Part shown: positions 18,746 to 26,006 of the stretch, piece by piece | Layout of the letters: each line of letters begins with the position of its first letter | Position numbering within the stretch: position 1 is the first letter of the stretch | NCBI GenBank assembly: GCA_902551865.1 | Contig: CACDES010000001.1 | Span: 1 to 61,076 of the forward strand | Reading direction: 5' to 3' | Length of the DNA stretch: 61,076 nucleotides | From: an uncultured Pelagibacteraceae bacterium | Lineage (GTDB): Bacteria; Pseudomonadota; Alphaproteobacteria; Pelagibacterales; Pelagibacteraceae | The notes under the pieces: generated by a model | Told to the model about the DNA's origin: nothing | The model's input: only the letters and a program-made list of their open reading frames with translations | Databases searched by the model: none | Translations under genes and position numbers: made by a program

Positions 18746-20644
18746 TTGAGTCGAAAATATAAGGAAATTTACGAAAATTCTATTAATAACAGAGAAGAAT
18801 TTTGGCAAAAAATCTCTGAAGACATATTTTGGTATAAAAAACCTACTAAAATACTAAATTCTAGTAATCCTCCTTTTTATAAATGGTTTGAAGATGGGGT
18901 TACTAACACTTGTTATAACGCATTAGATCTTCATGTCGATCAAGGTAGAGGAGAAAAATTAGCTATAATTTACGATAGCCCTATTACGGGGGCAAAAAAC
19001 AAAATTTCTTATAAAGAATTAAGAGACAGAGTTGCTTTATTTGCTGGAGCATTAAAAAAACAAGGCGTTAACAAAGGAGATAGAGTAATTATTTATATGC
19101 CAATGATTCCTGAAGCTGCTATTGCTATGTTAGCTTGTGGAAGAATAGGAGCAGTACATTCTGTAGTATTTGGTGGTTTTGCGGCTAATGAACTCGCTAG
19201 CAGAATTGATGACTCCAAAGCAAAATTAATTGTTTCAGCATCCTGCGGTTACGAACCTGGGAGAACTGTTCATTATAAACCTTTAGTAAACAAAGCACTA
19301 GAACTTGCTAATCATAAACCAGACAAATGTATAATTTTTCAGAGAGAAAAAGACAAAGCCGAACTAAATCCATCTATGGATATCACATGGGACGAGGCGC
19401 TTAAAGATAGTAAACCAGCTGAGTGCGAAAAAATGAATGCTAACGATTATGCATACATACTTTATACTTCTGGTACAACTGGATTACCTAAAGGTATAGT
19501 CAGGGACATCGGTGGACATATTGTTGCACTTAAGTGGACTATGAAAAATATTTATAACATAGATCAAGATGATGTTTGGTGGTCAGCAAGTGATATTGGG
19601 TGGATTGTAGGTCATTCTTATATTGTTTATGCTCCACTATTTTATGGGTGTACAACAATTTTATTTGAGGGAAAACCTGTAGGAACACCAGATGCAGGGG
19701 TCTTTTGGAGAGTTATCTCGGAGCATAAAGTTAAGTCTCTTTTCACTGCTCCTACTGCTATAAGAGCAATTAAAAAAGAAGATCCTAATGGAGAATTTTT
19801 TAAAAAATATGATCTAAGCAAATTTGAAAAGCTATTTCTTGCTGGTGAAAGAGCTGATCCAGATACTATTAAATGGTTTGAAAAACTCTCAAATTCTCCT
19901 GTAATAGATCATTGGTGGCAAACTGAAACAAGTTGGGCAATTACATCAGATTGTACTGGTATAGAGTCCTTCCCAGTTAAATATGGTTCAGCTTTTAAAC
20001 CTGTTCCAGGCTATGATTTAAAAGTTCTAAATTCAGAAGGCAAAGAAGTAGGCCCAGGAAAAATGGGCGATATAGTTGTAAAACTACCTTTGCCTCCAGG
20101 CACCTTTCCAACACTTTGGGGCGCAGATAAAAGATATAAAGAAAATTATATGTCAACTTATCCAGGTTACTACCTAACCTATGATGCAGGACACATAGAC
20201 GAAGATGGATACGTTTGGATAATGTCAAGAACAGATGATATTATTAATGTAGCTGGTCACAGACTTTCAACTGGGGCAATCGAAGAAGTTTTAGCTGAAC
20301 ATAAAGATGTTGCTGAATGTGCAGTTCTTGGAATCGCAGACAAACTAAAAGGTCAAATACCAATAGGACTACTAGCTTTGAAGGCCGGTGTTACTAAAGG
20401 CAAAAAGGAAATAATTTCTGAATGCGTAAAAATGGTTAGAGAAAAAGTTGGTCCTGTTGCAGCTTTTAAAATTGCTATAGTAGTAAAAAGGTTGCCTAAA
20501 ACTAGATCTGGAAAAATATTAAGAGGAACTGTAAGAAAAATTGCTGATAATGAGCCTTATAAGATGCCAGCTACTATTGACGATCCTGCGATTTTAGATG
20601 AAATAAAAAAAGATCTAAAAGATAACAATATTTTAAAAACTTAA
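18746..20644 (+). CDS. prpE: Propionate/acrylate--CoA ligase (acyl-CoA synthetase)
   Basis: YILYTSGTTGLPKG, VHSVVFGGFA, LAGERAD, DHWWQTET, GHRLSTG, LPKTRSGKILR; TTG start preceded by GAGGGA. Confidence 0.85.
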   Translation: MSRKYKEIYENSINNREEFWQKISEDIFWYKKPTKILNSSNPPFYKWFEDGVTNTCYNALDLHVDQGRGEKLAIIYDSPITGAKNKISYKELRDRVALFAGALKKQGVNKGDRVIIYMPMIPEAAIAMLACGRIGAVHSVVFGGFAANELASRIDDSKAKLIVSASCGYEPGRTVHYKPLVNKALELANHKPDKCIIFQREKDKAELNPSMDITWDEALKDSKPAECEKMNANDYAYILYTSGTTGLPKGIVRDIGGHIVALKWTMKNIYNIDQDDVWWSASDIGWIVGHSYIVYAPLFYGCTTILFEGKPVGTPDAGVFWRVISEHKVKSLFTAPTAIRAIKKEDPNGEFFKKYDLSKFEKLFLAGERADPDTIKWFEKLSNSPVIDHWWQTETSWAITSDCTGIESFPVKYGSAFKPVPGYDLKVLNSEGKEVGPGKMGDIVVKLPLPPGTFPTLWGADKRYKENYMSTYPGYYLTYDAGHIDEDGYVWIMSRTDDIINVAGHRLSTGAIEEVLAEHKDVAECAVLGIADKLKGQIPIGLLALKAGVTKGKKEIISECVKMVREKVGPVAAFKIAIVVKRLPKTRSGKILRGTVRKIADNEPYKMPATIDDPAILDEIKKDLKDNNILKT

Positions 20645-20645
20645 A

Positions 20646-21143
20646 TTATATATTATCAATTTTAGCTACCATGCCAGCATCGTAGTGACCTGGAACATTA
20701 CATGCAGCCTCAATATCTACAGAGTTGCTAAATTTCCAGATGAGTTCAGCGCTTTCTCCTGGTGATAGCAAAACACTGTTAGAATGAGAATGTGCCATTG
20801 CTGGATTTTTTTTGGACATTTCTTGCATTTTTTTTTTATCAATTTTATCAACTAAAAGTATCTCGTTTTCAGCCATAATCATCATTTCCGGTTGATGTTT
20901 AAAATGCATTTCTTTAGTTGCAATATTGAATTCATGAACTAGTTGGCCTTTATTTTCTACAACAAATTTAATTGTCTCATTTTTTTTTACCTGGAATTTA
21001 TTTGGTTGATAATAATTGTCATACATCAAAACTTTAATCACTCTGTCAACATTTTCTGCATTTCCTTTTACACCAATGGCTTTCATTGGTCCTGCAAATA
21101 GAAAGTTGGGAATAAAAATAAATATTAGTATTAGTTTTTTCAT
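20646..21143 (-). CDS. Periplasmic cupredoxin (plastocyanin/azurin family, CopI-like)
   Basis: Signal peptide; VHEF ... ACNVPGHYDAGM type-1 Cu ligands (H, C, H, M); Met/His-rich middle segment. Confidence 0.85.
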   Translation of the reverse strand: MKKLILIFIFIPNFLFAGPMKAIGVKGNAENVDRVIKVLMYDNYYQPNKFQVKKNETIKFVVENKGQLVHEFNIATKEMHFKHQPEMMIMAENEILLVDKIDKKKMQEMSKKNPAMAHSHSNSVLLSPGESAELIWKFSNSVDIEAACNVPGHYDAGMVAKIDNI

Positions 21144-22459
21144 AATTTAAAATCAAGCGGTTTACCAACTTGATTAGAAATTATTTTACTATTTTCCATA
21201 ACGATTGTACCATTTACAATTGTCGCAATAGGGAACCCTTTGACTTTATAGTTATTAAATGGTGTCCATCCGCATTTACTTGCAATCATTTCATCTTTTA
21301 TTATTTGTTCTTTTTGCATATCTACTATTGTTAAATCAGCGTCGAACTCTTCTTTAATAAAACCTTTGTCCTTAATTCCAAATATTCTACAAGGATTTTC
21401 ACACATTAACTTTATTAATTGTTCTAAAGAAAGCTTGTTATTATTTACATGATCCAACATCACTGGAAAAATAGTTTGCACCCCTGGCATTCCAGAAGGT
21501 GATTGTGGGTATTCTTTTTGTTTGTTTTCTCTTGTATGAGGAGCATGGTCTGAGCCTAGCACGTCTACGATATTATTTTTAATTGCAGTCCATAACCTAT
21601 CATAGTGATCTTTTGTTCTTATTGGAGGATTCATTTGAGCATACGTTCCTAATTTATCGTAGCAATCTGGGGCATATAAAGTTAAGTGTTGCGGTGTAGT
21701 TTCAAAAGTTACATTCTTTTTATGCATTGCTAGAAAATCTACTTCTTCTTTTGTTGTTACATGTAACACATGAATCTTTTTATTATATCGTTCAGCTATC
21801 TTTACGACTCTACGAGTTGAAGACATTGCTGACTCGCTATTTCTCCATTCTGGATGAGAATGAACATCTCCTTTTTTGATAAATTTTTTCCTTAAATTTA
21901 ATATTTCTTCATCTTCAGAATGAATTGAAACCACTCTATCGCTATTAGAAATAACTTTTTCTATATCTTTTTCTTTATCAACTAATAAATTTCCTGTTGA
22001 AGAACCTGCAAAAAGTTTAACTCCACAACAGCCTTTTAAATTTTTAAGTTGAGATAATTGATCCGTATTTTCAGGAGTAGCTCCAAAATAAAAAGCATAA
22101 TTACTATGCATTCTATCTTTTGCTAATTGAAGTTTTTTCTCAAACTCAACTAAATTAGATGTTGGTGGATTTGTATTTGGCATCTCAAATAAAGAAGTCA
22201 CACCACCCAATACTGCGGCTCTACTGCCACTTTCTAAATCTTCAGCATTAGTTGAGCCTGGTTCTCTAAAATGAACTTGAGTATCTATTATTCCTGGAAG
22301 AACCACTTTATCTGTTGCGTCAAAAACCTTTGAACTATTTAATTCTATTTTGCCAATTTTTTTAATTTTATCACCCGATAAACCTAAATCTACCTTGGTT
22401 AATTTACCGTTAATATAGCAAGATCCATTTTTTATGATGAGACTATAATTATCAGACAT
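21140..22459 (-). CDS. pyrC: Dihydroorotase
   Basis: DTQVHFREPG, EMPNT, HSED, HVLH, MNPPIR, SDHAPH amidohydrolase motifs. Confidence 0.9.
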   Translation of the reverse strand: MSDNYSLIIKNGSCYINGKLTKVDLGLSGDKIKKIGKIELNSSKVFDATDKVVLPGIIDTQVHFREPGSTNAEDLESGSRAAVLGGVTSLFEMPNTNPPTSNLVEFEKKLQLAKDRMHSNYAFYFGATPENTDQLSQLKNLKGCCGVKLFAGSSTGNLLVDKEKDIEKVISNSDRVVSIHSEDEEILNLRKKFIKKGDVHSHPEWRNSESAMSSTRRVVKIAERYNKKIHVLHVTTKEEVDFLAMHKKNVTFETTPQHLTLYAPDCYDKLGTYAQMNPPIRTKDHYDRLWTAIKNNIVDVLGSDHAPHTRENKQKEYPQSPSGMPGVQTIFPVMLDHVNNNKLSLEQLIKLMCENPCRIFGIKDKGFIKEEFDADLTIVDMQKEQIIKDEMIASKCGWTPFNNYKVKGFPIATIVNGTIVMENSKIISNQVGKPLDFKL

Positions 22460-22495
22460 ATTTTAAAAAATTATTATACTATATACTCTATTAAA

Positions 22496-23371
22496 ATGGA
22501 AAAAGACCAGATTATTATTTTAGAAAATAGAGGATTAATATCCATTACTGGAGAAGATGCGAAGGATTATCTACAAAATATAATTACTAATGATATACAT
22601 AAAGTATCTAATTCTAATTCTATCTTCGCAGCATTATTAAGTCCCCAAGGAAAATATCTGTTTGATTTTTTTGTAATTAAAAATCAAGAAGGTTATTTAT
22701 TAGATTGTGAAGGTAGCTCTTCTAAAGAACTTATTAATAATTTGTCAAAATATAAACTTACATCAAAAGTAGATATAGAAGATTTGTCCACTAAGTATGT
22801 TGTGGGAATAATGAATTTTGAAAATTTCAAAATAATACAAAAAAAGTTGAATAAACAAGAAGCAACCTTTGAATTTAGAGAAAGTCCAATTTTTGTTGAT
22901 CCTAGAGATAGTGATTTAGGGGCTAGAATAATATCTCCTTTAGAAAAACTTTATTTAACAATAAAAAAGCTAAATTTAAAGATCGTAGAAAATAAGTCTT
23001 ATCTTGAAAAGGCATTCCTTAAAGGAATTCCAGTTGAGGGTTTAAACAATTTGCAAAATCAATTATTTGGACTTGAAATAAATTTTGAAAAATTAAATGC
23101 AATTGATTTTAAAAAAGGTTGTTATGTCGGGCAAGAAAATACCGCTAGAATGAAATTAAAAAATAAAATCAGAAGACAATTAATGTCTATTAAAACAGAT
23201 AAAAATGTAAAAATTGGAGATGAAATTAAATACAACGATAGTATAGTAGGAAGAATCTTGATTGATAAACCTTATCCTTTTGCACTTATTAAGCTATTTG
23301 ATCCAGAGTTTTCTGAGTTTAAAGATAAAAAACTAACAATTAATAGTACTAATGTTGAGATAATTTCTTGA
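22496..23371 (+). CDS. ygfZ: Folate-binding Fe-S cluster maturation/repair protein YgfZ
   Basis: KGCYVGQE signature. Confidence 0.92.
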   Translation: MEKDQIIILENRGLISITGEDAKDYLQNIITNDIHKVSNSNSIFAALLSPQGKYLFDFFVIKNQEGYLLDCEGSSSKELINNLSKYKLTSKVDIEDLSTKYVVGIMNFENFKIIQKKLNKQEATFEFRESPIFVDPRDSDLGARIISPLEKLYLTIKKLNLKIVENKSYLEKAFLKGIPVEGLNNLQNQLFGLEINFEKLNAIDFKKGCYVGQENTARMKLKNKIRRQLMSIKTDKNVKIGDEIKYNDSIVGRILIDKPYPFALIKLFDPEFSEFKDKKLTINSTNVEIIS

Positions 23372-23811
23372 AAAACAATAATAAAAATTTTAATTGGTCT
23401 TGTAAACACACTTGGAATTTAAGCGCTAAGAATACCCTATGGTGCTTGCTGGGATGTTCAATTGGAGACTTTGGTACTATTTTATTTTTTCAATTAACTA
23501 AAATACCTTTTGCAGTAATGGGGATAATGATTTTGGCAATCATCAATGGATTAATTACTAGTATTATTCTTGAAACAATTGTTCTTATGAAACAAAAATT
23601 TAAATTTGCAGAAGCTTTAAAAACAGCTTTTGGAATGAGTTTCATTTCAATGATAAGTATGGAAATTGCAATGAATTTAGTGGATTATCTTTTAGTAGGT
23701 GAAGCAAGATTAACTTGGTGGGTAATACCTTTTATGTTAACAGCTGGTTTCTTGACCCCATGGCCATATAATTACTGGAGGTTAAAAAAATTTAACGAAG
23801 CCTGTCATTAA
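23368..23811 (+). CDS. DUF4396-family membrane protein
   Basis: TLWCLLGCSIGD, SMISMEIAMN, AGFLTPWPYNYW motifs; TTG start overlaps the ygfZ stop. Confidence 0.75.
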   Translation: MKNNNKNFNWSCKHTWNLSAKNTLWCLLGCSIGDFGTILFFQLTKIPFAVMGIMILAIINGLITSIILETIVLMKQKFKFAEALKTAFGMSFISMISMEIAMNLVDYLLVGEARLTWWVIPFMLTAGFLTPWPYNYWRLKKFNEACH

Positions 23812-23814
23812 AAT

Positions 23815-23931
23815 TTATAGAGCATTTAAAAGTCTAGATAAAGAAGCAAGAATTCCGTAACCACTCAATTCAATAAATAAAACTATTAAAACAATTAATA
23901 TAATCTTTTTATGCTTATGGAAAAATTCCAT
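23815..23931 (-). CDS. Putative 38-aa membrane microprotein
   Basis: Hand translation: MEFFHKHKKIILIVLIVLFIELSGYGILASLSRLLNAL*; SD AAGGAG 5 nt upstream of ATG; stop lies 3 bp from the convergent DUF4396 stop. Confidence 0.6.
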   Translation of the reverse strand: MEFFHKHKKIILIVLIVLFIELSGYGILASLSRLLNAL

Positions 23932-23961
23932 ATTTTCTCCTTTTTTTTTGGTGTGGTCAAC

Positions 23962-24027
23962 TCAGGCCAACATCAAGATAAGTATGAATATAATCAAAAA
24001 AAGTATAGGAGCAAAGAAATACTGCAT
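23962..24027 (-). CDS. Possible 21-aa hydrophobic peptide right after tRNA-Leu
   Basis: MQYFFAPILFLIIFILILMLA*; ATG is 6 nt after the tRNA CCA; no SD. Confidence 0.3.
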   Translation of the reverse strand: MQYFFAPILFLIIFILILMLA

Positions 24028-24033
24028 ATTTTT

Positions 24034-24117
24034 TGGTGCGGTCGGAGAGACTCGAACTCTCACGGGAAACCCACACGCCCCTCAAGCGTGCCTGTCTACC
24101 AATTTCAGCACGACCGC
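24034..24117 (-). tRNA. tRNA-Leu(GAG)
   Basis: GCGGTCG acceptor/CGACCGC-ACCA; anticodon arm CACGC-TTGAGGG-GCGTG; long variable arm; GAGAG-TTCGAGT-CTCTC. Confidence 0.97.
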
Positions 24118-24178
24118 ATATATTATGCGACAATAAATGAATGACAATTTTAGTTCAAGTTGATAGATTAGAATAAGT

Positions 24179-25168
24179 ATGTCTGCGCAACAACAAAGTT
24201 TGCCAAGTTCCAAAGAGATTTATAAAAAAATCTCTAAATTTATACCTGATGCTGAATGGAAAATTCATGCTCCATTGATTGAAAAAATTAATAAATTAAA
24301 AAAAGAAAAAAATGCAATTATTCTTGCCCATAATTATCAGACACCCGAAATTTATCATGGGGTGGCAGATATTGCTGCTGACTCACTTGCTTTAGCAGTT
24401 GAAGCTTCTAAAACATCTGCGGAAAAGATTATTCTATGTGGAGTTCATTTTATGGCAGAAACAGCAAAATTAATGAGCCCAGCTAAAAAAGTCTATTTAC
24501 CAGATATGCAAGCTGGTTGCTCTTTAGCAAGTTCTATTACTGGAAAAGATGTGAGATTATTAAAAGAAAAATATCCAGGTGTTCCAGTTGTGTCTTATGT
24601 AAACACATCAGCTGATGTTAAAGCTGAAACAGATGTATGTTGTACATCTGCTAATGCTGTAAAAGTTGTTGAGTCGCTTAATGTTGATAAAGTTATTTTT
24701 CTGCCTGATCAGTATCTAGCAGATTATGTTTCAAAAAATACTAAAGTTAAAATCATTTCATGGAAAGGAACTTGTATAGTTCATGAACAATTTACAGGAA
24801 AAGAAATAGAAGATATTAAATCACAAAATCCAGGGATAAAAGTTATTGCACACCCAGAATGTCCTCCAGATGTTATTAAAGCTTCTGACTTTGCTGGATC
24901 TACATCAGGTATGGTAAAATATGTAAAAGATAATCAACCTAAAAAAGTTATGCTTGTTACAGAATGTTCTATGAGTGATAACGTTGAAGCTGACAATCCA
25001 AACGTATCATTTATTAAACCTTGTAATTTATGTCCTTACATGAAGAAAATAGACCTAGTGAAAATTTTAGATTGTTTAGAAAATGAAACAAACGAAATAT
25101 TATTGGATGATAAAACTATAGAAGCTGCTCGAAAATCTGTAATTAGAATGACTGAAATTGGTCGTTAG
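24179..25168 (+). CDS. nadA: Quinolinate synthase A
   Basis: AHNYQ, CGVHFMAE, AGCSLA, YVNTSA, CIVH, AHPEC, CPYMK. Confidence 0.96.
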   Translation: MSAQQQSLPSSKEIYKKISKFIPDAEWKIHAPLIEKINKLKKEKNAIILAHNYQTPEIYHGVADIAADSLALAVEASKTSAEKIILCGVHFMAETAKLMSPAKKVYLPDMQAGCSLASSITGKDVRLLKEKYPGVPVVSYVNTSADVKAETDVCCTSANAVKVVESLNVDKVIFLPDQYLADYVSKNTKVKIISWKGTCIVHEQFTGKEIEDIKSQNPGIKVIAHPECPPDVIKASDFAGSTSGMVKYVKDNQPKKVMLVTECSMSDNVEADNPNVSFIKPCNLCPYMKKIDLVKILDCLENETNEILLDDKTIEAARKSVIRMTEIGR

Positions 25169-25172
25169 ATCA

Positions 25173-26006
25173 GTGCAAAAATTAAATCAAAAATATATTA
25201 ATTCTGTCGTTAAAAAAGCCTTAGATGAAGACTTAAAGCCTAGAGGTGATATCACAACCAATTTAATTAGTTTTAGAAATAAGAAATCAAAAGCGAAAAT
25301 TATTGCAAAACAAAATGGAGTGATTGCCGGACTAGACTTTTGTAAAGCAGCTTTCAAATTAATCGGCAAAGAAGCAAGTTTTAAAGCAAAAATAAAAGAT
25401 GGAAAAAAGATTAAAAAAAATAAAGTTATTGCAGAAATAAAAGCTAAAACAAAAACAATTTTAATTGCAGAAAGAACTGCTTTAAATTTTTTAAATCATG
25501 CTTCAGGTATAGCTACTTTAACCAATCAATATGTAAAAAAAGTAAATAAAAAAACTAAAATATGCTGTACTCGAAAAACTACACCAAATCTCAGATTATT
25601 AGAAAAATATGCTGTAAAAAAAGGTGGAGGATATAATCATCGCTACAATTTAAGTGATGAAATATTAATTAAAGATAATCATATAAACGCTGAAAATAAT
25701 TTAAAAAAATTAATCAAAAAAGCTATCAAAACTAAAAAAATCATTACTGTTGAAATAGAAAACTTAAAACAATTAAATCAAGTTTTAGATATAAAATTTA
25801 AAAGAATTTTATTCGATAATATGAGCCCAAAACAATTAAAAAAATGTTTAAAAATTTGCAAAAATAAATATGAAACTGAATATTCTGGCAATGCTACTCT
25901 TAAAAATATTAAGAAAATTTCAGACACAGGAATTAATAGAATATCGGTAGGAGCTATAACACATAGCGCCAAATCTTTTGATGTTAGTTTAGAATTATCT
26001 TCTTAA
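25173..26006 (+). CDS. nadC: Nicotinate-nucleotide diphosphorylase (quinolinate phosphoribosyltransferase)
   Basis: GDITT, ERTALNFL, TRKTTP, HRYNLSD, IKDNH, DNM, SVGAITHS. GTG at 25173 is the likelier start. Confidence 0.94.
   Translation: MQKLNQKYINSVVKKALDEDLKPRGDITTNLISFRNKKSKAKIIAKQNGVIAGLDFCKAAFKLIGKEASFKAKIKDGKKIKKNKVIAEIKAKTKTILIAERTALNFLNHASGIATLTNQYVKKVNKKTKICCTRKTTPNLRLLEKYAVKKGGGYNHRYNLSDEILIKDNHINAENNLKKLIKKAIKTKKIITVEIENLKQLNQVLDIKFKRILFDNMSPKQLKKCLKICKNKYETEYSGNATLKNIKKISDTGINRISVGAITHSAKSFDVSLELSS

Noticed and set aside
23911-24144. Plus-strand ORFs 23911-24144 and 23948-24136
   Set aside because: They run antisense across tRNA-Leu; 'WCGRRDSNS' is the usual translation of a tRNA reverse complement.
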